A stretch of DNA of 64,000 nt, taken from positions 237,008 through 301,007 of IMG/VR virus record IMGVR_UViG_3300036770_007539; one strand, 5' to 3'. The notes beneath the pieces are model-generated. The model did not search any database. It worked only from the letters and a program-made list of their open reading frames with translations, and was not told the origin of the DNA. This document shows, piece by piece, positions 1-9,040 of the stretch (positions are counted from its first letter, which is position 1; every line of letters starts with the position of its first letter). The position numbers and the translations under genes are program-made.

Positions 1-403
1 CTTTTAAGGCTTCTAATGCTGGCTGATACCTTTTCTTGTTTAGAAATTGTAAATAAGCCTTAGCGCCTTCTATTGGGCTGTCCCAGTGCTGGAAAAATGT
101 TTGGGGGTGGTATGGTTCAAACCAATGAGTTTTACCATTTAAAATCTCATTGCATTTATATGACGTATATGTAACTCCTGGTTTTCTTTTAATATTCCCA
201 AAATTATTGTTATAAATAAACTTTCCTCTACCTACCTCTAAAGAGGTATGACACCACAAAATACATAATTGTTCTTTTGTTATTTCTTGATTATATAATT
301 CTTTCCAAGCCTGCCTCAGATAAAAAGCTAGCTCATTTTCATTTAAAGATGTGATGACGGCATCTCTGAATAAAGGATCGTTGGGTCTGGTAGAATGGTC
401 CAT
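1..403 (-). CDS. Putative glucosaminidase/lysozyme-like hydrolase, 3'-truncated by the window edge
   Basis: Hand-translated open frame from ATG 403 (MDHSTRPND...TSLEVGRGK..NNNFGNIK..EGAKAYLQFLNKKRY); not in the ORF track; start uncertain. Confidence 0.45.
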   Translation of the reverse strand, partial: MDHSTRPNDPLFRDAVITSLNENELAFYLRQAWKELYNQEITKEQLCILWCHTSLEVGRGKFIYNNNFGNIKRKPGVTYTSYKCNEILNGKTHWFEPYHPQTFFQHWDSPIEGAKAYLQFLNKKRYQPALEALK

Positions 404-486
404 AAGGTCCTCATAATAAAAAACTCCTGAAAAAAGTTTCCTTCTTTCAAGAGTTTGTTAGATAATTATATTTCAAATTATGCAAA

Positions 487-1317
487 CTAATTCATTATTT
501 TAATCCAAACATCTTTAAATTTGTTTAAATATTTTTCTTGCAGCAAAGAATTAAATCCTAATTCTGAGAATTTGACAGATAGTTTTTCTAAATCAAAAAC
601 TCCTTCTTTAACTTTCCAGTCGTTTGAATCAGAGTCTTTAATTGTAACAAAATTAATCAGAATCATATTCCTTTGATAGATTGAAAGCTCTTCTTCATTT
701 AGAAGATCTACGAAATTTTCTTTTATAACAGTTTTCTCTGCTTTCTTTTCGCCCATGATTCCGGGAATATTATCAGCTGTGTCTCCTTTGAGAGATTTAA
801 ATCTTACATAGTCGTAAGTTGGTGCTTCCATGAATTTTTTAGAAAAAGGATTGTAAATTTGAACGTTTAATTCTTTTTCTTGCAAGAGTTGCAGGTAGTC
901 AGAATCATTGCTAATGACAATATTTTCATGTTCTTTATTTTTTCTAACTAAAGTATTAATAACATCATCGCATTCATATTTGGCATGGCTAATTACTGTC
1001 ATGGGTAAATGATCTAAAATCTCATAAATTTTATATTTATTTTCGCGGAATAAATCTCTAACTTCTTGTTGAGCCGCTGTTTTAACAATTCGATTAGCCT
1101 TATAAGAAGCTAATAACTGATATCTGAATTCAGGATGACCCTCCAAAACAAAATAAACTTTGTCAGGACTGAATTGTTCCACTGTGGCTTTTAAATTTCT
1201 AATGAAATTAAAAGTCATAGCAAAGCTATCATCGGCATCTGATTTGCTTTTGCCAAATTTAATATTGGCACGCCACATGGCATTCATGCCATCAAAATAT
1301 AAAATTTTCACATTCAC
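487..1317 (-). CDS. 5'-3' exonuclease / flap endonuclease (T4 RNase H or PolA N-terminal-like)
   Basis: YFDG, YECDDVI, SNDSDYLQL, GDTADNIPG motifs. Confidence 0.9.
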   Translation of the reverse strand: MNVKILYFDGMNAMWRANIKFGKSKSDADDSFAMTFNFIRNLKATVEQFSPDKVYFVLEGHPEFRYQLLASYKANRIVKTAAQQEVRDLFRENKYKIYEILDHLPMTVISHAKYECDDVINTLVRKNKEHENIVISNDSDYLQLLQEKELNVQIYNPFSKKFMEAPTYDYVRFKSLKGDTADNIPGIMGEKKAEKTVIKENFVDLLNEEELSIYQRNMILINFVTIKDSDSNDWKVKEGVFDLEKLSVKFSELGFNSLLQEKYLNKFKDVWIKIMN

Positions 1318-1318
1318 C

Positions 1319-2245
1319 TCAAAGAGTAATATTAAAATCTTTTACAGCTTTATGAATTGCAAGATTTTTCATTTTGAATTCAAATTCAATATCTAGCTTC
1401 TCTTCATTGTTTAATTTTCTTTGAAGCTCTGGAATGTAGTGAACATAATCAGAATGTTTTCTTCGATCTTTAAAGGATCCTTCTTTAAGCAAAGGATCTG
1501 TATTGCTTAAATGAGTTAATGCTTTTACTTGCCATGTCTTCATAGATTTCTCTAGCCCTTCATCAATGCTCATGCCTCCATCGTTAAAGACGTGATGGTG
1601 GCTATCGAAGCAAATAGGAACGCCTGTTTCTTCAAAACATTGATATAAGTCATTGACATTATAGCAAAGCTCGTCATTTTCTAACGTTAACCTGTTTTTA
1701 ACATTTTCTGGTAGCTTTTTAATGCTATCAATTAAAGTTGTTAGCTGATCCCTTGTTCCGCCATGAATGTTAATTGCATAAAACGGACTCTGTTCTAGTT
1801 CCATAGAGTCAAAAATCCAGGCATGGTGTTCTAAAATTTTAATGCTTTTTCCAATAATGTCGTTTGTTTTAGACGAGATTACGCAAAATTGATCAGGATG
1901 ACAGGTAACTCGAACGTTTGATTCTTTGAGCTTTTTGCCAATCATCTTTAGTTTGTTATTAATCAAATTATTGTTAATTAACAAATGACTCACCAAGTCA
2001 TACAAAGGAAACAAATTAGAAGACAACCTAAAAACTTTGAATCCTTCTTTGATAACTTCATTTAAAGTCATAGAAAGATTATCCAAATTTGACATCCAAG
2101 TTTGGATTATTTGTTCTTCTGAGTATTTACCTTCATTGAATCTTCCAAATTGAAGATTTTTTTCTTCCATGGCATTGAAATATTCAATGATTCCATTTCT
2201 CTTCTCTTTTGATTTTAAATATTGACAGCACAAACCTATTGACAT
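1319..2245 (-). CDS. uvsE: UV damage endonuclease (UVDE)
   Basis: FRLSSNLFP, HPDQF, INIHGG, RLTLENDE, DSHHH, HSDY motifs. Confidence 0.9.
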   Translation of the reverse strand: MSIGLCCQYLKSKEKRNGIIEYFNAMEEKNLQFGRFNEGKYSEEQIIQTWMSNLDNLSMTLNEVIKEGFKVFRLSSNLFPLYDLVSHLLINNNLINNKLKMIGKKLKESNVRVTCHPDQFCVISSKTNDIIGKSIKILEHHAWIFDSMELEQSPFYAINIHGGTRDQLTTLIDSIKKLPENVKNRLTLENDELCYNVNDLYQCFEETGVPICFDSHHHVFNDGGMSIDEGLEKSMKTWQVKALTHLSNTDPLLKEGSFKDRRKHSDYVHYIPELQRKLNNEEKLDIEFEFKMKNLAIHKAVKDFNITL

Positions 2246-2793
2246 TGTTCGCCGAACCCTTCCAAGTCTATGACTTTGATCTTTAAAGAAGCATCACGCA
2301 TGATGTTTGCGTACCATAAGTCAATGTGCTTATAAGTAAACTCAGATAAAAATTGCCAGAAGCTATTTATTCTTTGAGTTTTAGTTTTGTGTATTTTAAA
2401 TGGTTTTTCTTCTGTTATGAATCGATGATAGCGGTCGCAGTTATATTCTATTTCATTCATTTCATATTTTTTCAATGGTAATAATTTTTCTCCGACATAC
2501 CAAAGAAATTTACCATCTAATATTTCGCCAAAATCATAAATATCCATGATATGTAAAGGCTTATTATTCTTTACATATTCACAAATTTCAAAAAAGTTAT
2601 TTTTATTTACTCTTGGATCTAAATTAATTTTAATAATTTTGTCATCATCATATTCGTAGATAATTCCTTCTGATCCGTATCCAATTCTGGATTTAATTTT
2701 ATTTTTATTTATTTTGCTGGGAAGTAATTGAAATATCTCTTCATCTTTCAATTCTTCGAATGTCAAATCATAAAATGCTTCTGTTATCCCCAT
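2236..2793 (-). CDS. Protein kinase-like fold protein
   Basis: IGYGSEGIIY glycine loop, IIK, HIDLWYAN catalytic loop, VIDLE. Confidence 0.6.
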   Translation of the reverse strand: MGITEAFYDLTFEELKDEEIFQLLPSKINKNKIKSRIGYGSEGIIYEYDDDKIIKINLDPRVNKNNFFEICEYVKNNKPLHIMDIYDFGEILDGKFLWYVGEKLLPLKKYEMNEIEYNCDRYHRFITEEKPFKIHKTKTQRINSFWQFLSEFTYKHIDLWYANIMRDASLKIKVIDLEGFGEQCQ

Positions 2794-3130
2794 AAATACA
2801 CAATTTGTCCCAAGTTAAATTTACTACACGGTATGTGATGCCATGTGGACCAATTTTATTGTGCAACACATGTGCCATCCCTAGCTTAACAAAGATATTT
2901 ACATCTGTCAAGCTTCTGTTAAAATTATCTTGATAAGAGCGAATTACTAAAATTCTTTTATTTAATTTCTTATTATCTTCAATGTATGAGGCGTAGCCAT
3001 CAATGGAAGAATCAAAAGTATATCCATCAATGATTTCATCAATAAACAATTGCTTAACCAACATGTTTTTAACATTATCGGTTAAGTCATTATTTACTAC
3101 GATAATTGCTGATGGGTAAAGACCACCCAT
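2768..3130 (-). CDS. Hypothetical protein
   Basis: 120 aa ORF tiled with its neighbours. Confidence 0.6.
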   Translation of the reverse strand: MGGLYPSAIIVVNNDLTDNVKNMLVKQLFIDEIIDGYTFDSSIDGYASYIEDNKKLNKRILVIRSYQDNFNRSLTDVNIFVKLGMAHVLHNKIGPHGITYRVVNLTWDKLCIYGDNRSIL

Positions 3131-3900
3131 CAGCTCTCTTCCTCAAAGTCCTCATCTTCCTCTTCCTCTTCCTCTTCCTCTTCCTCTTCCTCTTCTAGCT
3201 TATTCATTAAATTAAGAAGATTAACTTCGTTTTCATCATCAGAACTGTCAGCTAACTTTTTAAAAGTCGAATCATGAATATTTAACATTTTTAAATTTGA
3301 CTCTTGAAACTTTGCAGTTCTCAGCAAGGACAAATACAAATCATCAACTTCTTTATCAGAAACATAATTCATGTCGTCTGAAGAATTAACGTCTTGAGTG
3401 TCTTCAACGTCTCCGCCATCTTCATCGCTTGAATCGTCCATGCCTTGATTATATGAAGCATCATTAGCGTCATCTTCGATTTTATCATCTTCTTTTTCTT
3501 TATTTTCTTTTCTATGACGCCTTTTGGGAAGCATTTTAACTTCTCCCAAATCATCAACTGAGACATGTTGCTCAACTCCATCTACAATATAGCCAACATC
3601 GCCAGAATCATAAAATATAGCATCTGAAGCATTCGTTAAATCCATATGTTGGATTGTCTTATGGAACTTCATCATGTCTTTTCTAGCTGCATTTACTTGG
3701 CTTCTGGTTTTTTCTAAAGCAGCATTAATTTTGCTTGCTTGAGATTCCAAGTCATTTAAAGCCGCCTTGAGTCTACTGTAATTTTTTTTAGCTTTTTCTA
3801 AAGACGAAACTACTTTTTTTCTGCCAGTTTTTTCTTTAGCAGCTAATTTTTCAATAGCGGTAGCAAATTCTTCTGATGCTGAATGAATTTCTTTTATCAT
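3130..3900 (-). CDS. Coiled-coil protein with acidic tail and poly-Glu C-terminus
   Basis: Heptad-rich N-terminal half, Asp-rich middle, terminal Glu run. Confidence 0.7.
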   Translation of the reverse strand: MIKEIHSASEEFATAIEKLAAKEKTGRKKVVSSLEKAKKNYSRLKAALNDLESQASKINAALEKTRSQVNAARKDMMKFHKTIQHMDLTNASDAIFYDSGDVGYIVDGVEQHVSVDDLGEVKMLPKRRHRKENKEKEDDKIEDDANDASYNQGMDDSSDEDGGDVEDTQDVNSSDDMNYVSDKEVDDLYLSLLRTAKFQESNLKMLNIHDSTFKKLADSSDDENEVNLLNLMNKLEEEEEEEEEEEEEDEDFEEES

Positions 3901-3921
3901 GTCATTATGTTTTATTATTGA

Positions 3922-4647
3922 TTAATAATGTAGGTTTTTCTTATTTGCCCAGTATACATTTGCTTTTAATAAATTGTCATAAGTTCCAGCGTCTTGCCAA
4001 TATCCATTTAACATGGAGTGCTTTAATTGATTCTTATTTAGATACAAATTCAATACATCTGTAATTTCCAGCTGGTTTCTGTGAGAAGGAGATACTTCAT
4101 TTATCAGAGAGGACAATTGCTCATCAAACAAATATAATCCGGTAACGGCAAATTGACTTCCTGGATTGCTTGGTTTTTCAATAATTTCTAATATATTTCC
4201 ATTTGAATCAAAAGATGGGCAGCCAAAATTCTCAGGATCGGGAACTTCTTTTAAGAAGATTTTAGCTCCCTGAGAGAAGTCATTTACATCTTGATAAATA
4301 CTTGCGTCGGTGGTGTTGTCTCCAAGAATTACCGCCACTTGGCTGTCTTTGATAAAACTATCAGCTGCCTTAATGGCATCAGCAATACCACCGTCAGCTT
4401 TATCTTGATAGAAAAAAGACAGACTATTCAATCCAAAATCTTTTCCATTATTTAAAACTCTAATAAAATTACCAGCAAAAGGACCTGATACTACAATTCC
4501 AATATCTTTTACTCCTGCACTGACCAAAGTTTCTAGGGGATAGAAGATCATTGGCTTATCATAAATAGGTAAAAGATGCTTATTATTGGATTGGGTTAAT
4601 AGTCCAAGTCTCGTACCTAGTCCACCAGCTACAATTAAACCTTTCAT
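3922..4647 (-). CDS. Sugar-1-phosphate nucleotidyltransferase (RmlA/RfbA-like)
   Basis: GLIVAGGLGTRL, KHLLPIYDKPMI, ILGDN, EKP, LEITD, WQDAGT. Confidence 0.9.
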   Translation of the reverse strand: MKGLIVAGGLGTRLGLLTQSNNKHLLPIYDKPMIFYPLETLVSAGVKDIGIVVSGPFAGNFIRVLNNGKDFGLNSLSFFYQDKADGGIADAIKAADSFIKDSQVAVILGDNTTDASIYQDVNDFSQGAKIFLKEVPDPENFGCPSFDSNGNILEIIEKPSNPGSQFAVTGLYLFDEQLSSLINEVSPSHRNQLEITDVLNLYLNKNQLKHSMLNGYWQDAGTYDNLLKANVYWANKKNLHY

Positions 4648-4660
4648 ATTTTTCTCAATC

Positions 4661-4912
4661 TCAGTTTAGTTTCATCATTTCTTTATTAATGGATTCGTTA
4701 ATTACGACATCTTCAATCTCTGAATCAATTAAATATTCTTTATAATATTGATTGAAATTTAAATTTAAATATTCTACTTCTTCCGCTGATAATTTTTTCA
4801 TTCTGCTACTTAATAGTAATGATTCTGTTTTAATTAGAAAATCTGGATAGCCATTGTCTTTCATTAGTTTAAATCGGCACATGCTTCGAATAGTTAAATT
4901 TAAATTTTCCAT
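4661..4912 (-). CDS. Hypothetical protein
   Basis: 83 aa, tightly packed ORF. Confidence 0.55.
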   Translation of the reverse strand: MENLNLTIRSMCRFKLMKDNGYPDFLIKTESLLLSSRMKKLSAEEVEYLNLNFNQYYKEYLIDSEIEDVVINESINKEMMKLN

Positions 4913-4913
4913 T

Positions 4914-5261
4914 TTATGATAAATCCTTTGGGTTTTTTGTTGAGGGCTCTAGCCATGATGATGATTTTAATAATTCATCATGACCAATTACTGTTTTTGC
5001 ATTTTGCCAAAAGTCCTTGGATACTTCTAAAAAGTCTTCCAGCGACATCCCTAATTCAATAGCGCAGTTGGCTGATAATGACAATAACACATTAAATATT
5101 GATATCGTGCTGTCATAATTATATTTTTTTTCATAACTTGAACCAACTTTATCTATTACTTCTAAAAATTTCTCCGCAAGAAGTTGATTGAATTCTTCAT
5201 GAATTTTTTCTATTTCTTCTTCGGACATTTTTGTTTTTTTATAAGTTTTTTTCTTAGTCAA
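4914..5261 (-). CDS. Hypothetical protein
   Basis: 115 aa, tightly packed ORF. Confidence 0.55.
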   Translation of the reverse strand: MTKKKTYKKTKMSEEEIEKIHEEFNQLLAEKFLEVIDKVGSSYEKKYNYDSTISIFNVLLSLSANCAIELGMSLEDFLEVSKDFWQNAKTVIGHDELLKSSSWLEPSTKNPKDLS

Positions 5262-5935
5262 AATATTTTCCTTTTTAATTTTTTACAAAGTCTATAAATT
5301 CCTATTTCAGTTTTGGCGTCCGTTAAATAACCAGAGAGAATATGATTCAAAGCATCTTCTATTGATATTTTAAATGTTTGAGTATGTTTTTCTAATGGAT
5401 GACCGTCACCAATAACTGGAACTTTATTTTCATTTTTTATCTCTATATCTAAAAAGAATAGCCTTTCCCCACCTGTACCTGAGAAAACTCTTTTTCCGAG
5501 AAATGACATTTCATCGGGATTTACAACCAAGCCTGTTTCTTCTTTTAATTCTCTGGCAGCTGCCATCTTATAGCCTTTTACCAGTTGTTTAGATTCTTCT
5601 GGCTCCACAGCTCCTGCTGGCAATTCCCAAGTATTTCCAATTCCTACTTCTTCTGGAAAAGCCAAGTAATCTCCCGAACAAAAATCTTTTGTGGGTCGAA
5701 AGCAGCTTGTTAAATAAATGTGAGGTTCAGTCTCCAAGCTATAAGGTACAATAACTACTGCATCTAGAAACTTATTAAGTGCAAGGTCTAGCTCAAACTC
5801 CTCTGATACTTCTTGCGGATCTGTGTCGTATCGAATTACACCTTTTGTTTTCCAGATTTCATGCCATCCAGAATGAATAATTTTATAATCACTTAATTCT
5901 AATTTATGTTGTATGTGTGGTAATTTACAAGTCAT
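5258..5935 (-). CDS. Nudix hydrolase (ADP-ribose pyrophosphatase-like)
   Basis: WELPAG...ARELKEETGL Nudix box; DAKTEIG; start couples to the Fpg stop via ATGA. Confidence 0.8.
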   Translation of the reverse strand: MTCKLPHIQHKLELSDYKIIHSGWHEIWKTKGVIRYDTDPQEVSEEFELDLALNKFLDAVVIVPYSLETEPHIYLTSCFRPTKDFCSGDYLAFPEEVGIGNTWELPAGAVEPEESKQLVKGYKMAAARELKEETGLVVNPDEMSFLGKRVFSGTGGERLFFLDIEIKNENKVPVIGDGHPLEKHTQTFKISIEDALNHILSGYLTDAKTEIGIYRLCKKLKRKIF

Positions 5936-6759
5936 TTTTGTATCTCCGGGCACCACCAAGTGGTTCTTTTGTCCAATGTTTCTTCTTTGAGAATTTTCAT
6001 ATTATCGATTTGATTTTTACCATAAACTTTCAGGAAATTTTCAAAACCACCTTCTGCACCATTTGCATCTTTATAAGTCATTAAAGAAGCTCCCTGGAGA
6101 TTATAACTTTCTTTTAAAACATTTTCAATAGATTCTTTTAAAAGTTCTAGTTCATTATCAGATAGAGATAAGCCCGTTCGATGAGGGCTTAATTTTGCTC
6201 TGAACAAAGCTTCAGCTTTGACATAATTTCCAACCCCAGAAATATTCTTTTGATTCATCAAAATTTCTGGCAAAGTTTTGTCTTGTTTGATTTTCTTGTT
6301 AAAATCTTCTTGAGATGGAGGCGAATTTAACATGTCAGGTCCAATGGAGTTTAATTTTTCTTGCAATTCTTTTTCAGTCACTCGTTTAATTGTTCCGAAG
6401 TGCCTAGTATCATTAAAATAAATAATTTCTCGAATATTTATTCCTGGTTCAAAAGGCAATGATAAATGAATTCCAACTCCACTGTGTTTGCTTGGATTAA
6501 ACTGCCAAGCCCCGCTCATTCCTAGAGTAGAAATCAGGTTAGTCGAATCAGATAATTTCCAATATATAAACTTGCCCTTACAATTAATCGCTTTAATAAT
6601 TGGATATTGGCAATTGTTTAATTCTTCTTGAAATTTTGATAAAGAAATATCGGGTTTAGTTTTGAATCTGCCTCCGATTAGATCTAGTTTAATTATTTTT
6701 GAATTTTCGATCTTTTTAATTTGATCGACAATAGTTCTTACTTCAGCGCCTTCAGGCAT
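5932..6759 (-). CDS. mutM: Fpg/Nei family DNA glycosylase/AP lyase
   Basis: N-terminal PEGAEV, GKFIYW, LGMSG, FNDTRHFG, H2TH motif LMNQKNISGVGNYVKAEALF. Confidence 0.9.
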   Translation of the reverse strand: MPEGAEVRTIVDQIKKIENSKIIKLDLIGGRFKTKPDISLSKFQEELNNCQYPIIKAINCKGKFIYWKLSDSTNLISTLGMSGAWQFNPSKHSGVGIHLSLPFEPGINIREIIYFNDTRHFGTIKRVTEKELQEKLNSIGPDMLNSPPSQEDFNKKIKQDKTLPEILMNQKNISGVGNYVKAEALFRAKLSPHRTGLSLSDNELELLKESIENVLKESYNLQGASLMTYKDANGAEGGFENFLKVYGKNQIDNMKILKEETLDKRTTWWCPEIQK

Positions 6760-6782
6760 TGCATATCTTCCTTTAATTCAAA

Positions 6783-7082
6783 TCAAGAAATGTTATTAAT
6801 TTTTTTCTTATTTTGTAAAAATGTAAGAGATTCAAGATCGTCTGTTTTGTTTAATACTTTTTTCTGTTGCTCTCTTAATGCAACTTCAATTTCGCAGCTA
6901 ATTAATTTAGGATACAAATCCAATACGTCTTGGGCATTAAAATTCCCTGGACCCATTAAATCTTCCAAAATGACTTTGCAAGTTTTCAATGTTTCATAGC
7001 AAAGAGAGGCGCCTTCTTTTGCATAAATTAAGTAATCGGTCTTCTTTTCTAATTCAACTAATCTATCTTTAAATGACGACAT
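6783..7082 (-). CDS. Hypothetical protein
   Basis: 99 aa ORF. Confidence 0.55.
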   Translation of the reverse strand: MSSFKDRLVELEKKTDYLIYAKEGASLCYETLKTCKVILEDLMGPGNFNAQDVLDLYPKLISCEIEVALREQQKKVLNKTDDLESLTFLQNKKKINNIS

Positions 7083-7090
7083 AATTCTCC

Positions 7091-7306
7091 TTAACTGTTT
7101 TTACATGACCAACATTTGAAATGTGGTTTAAGTTCCGCATAAGGATAAAACTCAAAACAACTTTGACAAGTCGCCCCTGTAACTTGGCAAGTATCAAATA
7201 CAGGCAATTTAACAGAAAAATCAAACTCTAATTGTTGATTAGAGTTTTGATTTTTAAGTTTATTAATCATTTTTTCTTGTAAAATTTCTATATCTTTATC
7301 AATCAT
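7091..7306 (-). CDS. Small Cys-rich (putative Zn-binding) protein
   Basis: CQVTGATCQSC and CWSC. Confidence 0.5.
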   Translation of the reverse strand: MIDKDIEILQEKMINKLKNQNSNQQLEFDFSVKLPVFDTCQVTGATCQSCFEFYPYAELKPHFKCWSCKNS

Positions 7307-7751
7307 TTTTTCTCTTTTTATATGAATAAGTGTCTCCGCTTATATGATTTGAAACTTCTATATATTTTACATCTGTTACAGCCGAAATGCTGTAAATTGT
7401 TTCAGGATATATTTCATAAGCGTCGTCTGGGAGTAATTTTATAGTATGCGATGAATTGCCTTTTTCTACAAAAAGATCCATTCTACCTGAGATTATGAAA
7501 AAAGTTTTTATGGTATTTTTATGAAACTTTTTAGTTAAAATAGTTCTTCTTTTCAAGAAGATATTTTTAGCTATATATAATCTATTGTTTGTCCAGCGGC
7601 TTTCTTCGCCCCACAAGAACTTTTCTTTTTTTATTGAAATTTTTTTTGTTATTATTTTGTTTTGGTTCAAATAATGAACATATATCTTTACAAGATAAAG
7701 ATAGCTAAAAATTCCAAATAAAAAAAAAAAAATACCACTCAGCCCAGCCAA
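7299..7751 (-). CDS. Membrane-anchored degenerate cupin
   Basis: Hydrophobic N-terminus; WGEE..W, FFIISG, L.PDDAYEIYP, YIEVS cupin pattern lacking most metal-binding His. Confidence 0.55.
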   Translation of the reverse strand: MAGLSGIFFFLFGIFSYLYLVKIYVHYLNQNKIITKKISIKKEKFLWGEESRWTNNRLYIAKNIFLKRRTILTKKFHKNTIKTFFIISGRMDLFVEKGNSSHTIKLLPDDAYEIYPETIYSISAVTDVKYIEVSNHISGDTYSYKKRKND

Positions 7752-7778
7752 ATCCGCTCATAACAATATACTTAAAAT

Positions 7779-8072
7779 TTAGTTAATATCTTCTTTAACT
7801 GAATTATCTTTTAAAAGTTTTTCAACATAAATTCCGGCAGAATCAATCATTTCTGATAATTTATTTTTGTATTTGTATTTTTTTTCTAGTTCTTTTATTG
7901 CTTCTCTACACCAGAAATCATTGTGAGCTAAAATCATCAATTCTTCCGAAGAGAGCTTTCTCTTAGATTTATTTTCAAAATAAGCTCTAATATGGTTCGA
8001 AAGTTTCTCTGTTTGCTCTGCACAATCATCTTCTTCTTTGACTAAATATTTAAATTCAGAACTGTTAAACAT
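7779..8072 (-). CDS. Hypothetical protein
   Basis: 97 aa ORF. Confidence 0.55.
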   Translation of the reverse strand: MFNSSEFKYLVKEEDDCAEQTEKLSNHIRAYFENKSKRKLSSEELMILAHNDFWCREAIKELEKKYKYKNKLSEMIDSAGIYVEKLLKDNSVKEDIN

Positions 8073-8144
8073 ATGCTCTCCTTCTTGGCAAAGTTTGTTT
8101 AATTATCAGGCGTGAATTGTTTTTGTCAAGTTGTTATTTTTGAT

Positions 8145-8414
8145 TTAAGTGAATTCTTTAACCAATTCCATTGCTATTTGGCAAAATTTTTCCATAGAAT
8201 CTTCTAATTTTTCGCCAGAAGATTCTAAAAAAATTTTACCGTAACTTCCACAAACAACAAATTTATTATTTTTTTTAGTAAACTTTAACTTAAAACCTTT
8301 TTGTTTTAATTCAAAATATTTTTCCATTTTTTCCGAAAAAGCATCAGGTAAATTCTTTCCAAGAAATTGACCCAACGAACGAGTCGGTGCCACCGCCAAA
8401 TTTTTGTACTGCAA
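8145..8414 (-). CDS. Hypothetical protein (true start may be downstream)
   Basis: 89 aa ORF overlapping the next one. Confidence 0.45.
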   Translation of the reverse strand: MQYKNLAVAPTRSLGQFLGKNLPDAFSEKMEKYFELKQKGFKLKFTKKNNKFVVCGSYGKIFLESSGEKLEDSMEKFCQIAMELVKEFT

Positions 8415-8571
8415 GCACTAACTGGTCGGATATTTCAACTGCTCCAGTTCCTTCATTAATAAATAATAAAGATTCATTATCGATAATGTTTATTAAAATG
8501 TCCGGTTGTACCGAAAAAGAATTAGAAGAAACTAAAACCTTTTCAAAAAAGAATCTATCTCTTCGGCTCAT
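8344..8571 (-). pseudogene. Truncated paralog of the N-terminal domain of 11377..13158
   Basis: MSRRDRFFFEK..PD..II....LLFINE....VEIS aligns with MARKERFLFQK..PD..II....LLFINE....VEIS, then diverges. Confidence 0.5.
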
Positions 8572-8596
8572 AAAACCTTTATAATAAAATTATATC

Positions 8597-9040
8597 TCAC
8601 TGTTGAAACCAGCGATAAGTAACTCCCAGCATCACATTGCTGGCGCCTGTATTTTCATAAGTTATTTTAATGCATACCCCTTCTGGAATAATTAAAACGG
8701 CAGAAGTGGTAATTTCGTGCAAATGATCCCAAGGCGCAATGTATAAATCTTCAACATACTCGCCTACTATACTGTCAAGCCCTCTTCCTAAAACGTTATT
8801 TTTATCCACAATTGATAGAGAAAATTTATCTCCTAAATTTGGAGTTTTGACCCAATAACATAATCCTTGGAGTCGAACAGAAGAGCTAATCATCTTTTCA
8901 TGTATTGAAGTTCCTGGCGTACACGTATATAGTTCACCAATAAATCTTGGGTTAATTTCGGTGTAAGCATAAGGAGATTGTGCAATAATTGGAGTTCCAT
9001 CACTGGTTTTTGGATTTCCCCCTGAAATAAATCCACTCAT
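8597..9040 (-). CDS. Putative virion structural protein
   Basis: 147 aa beta-rich ORF in a coupled cluster. Confidence 0.5.
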   Translation of the reverse strand: MSGFISGGNPKTSDGTPIIAQSPYAYTEINPRFIGELYTCTPGTSIHEKMISSSVRLQGLCYWVKTPNLGDKFSLSIVDKNNVLGRGLDSIVGEYVEDLYIAPWDHLHEITTSAVLIIPEGVCIKITYENTGASNVMLGVTYRWFQQ

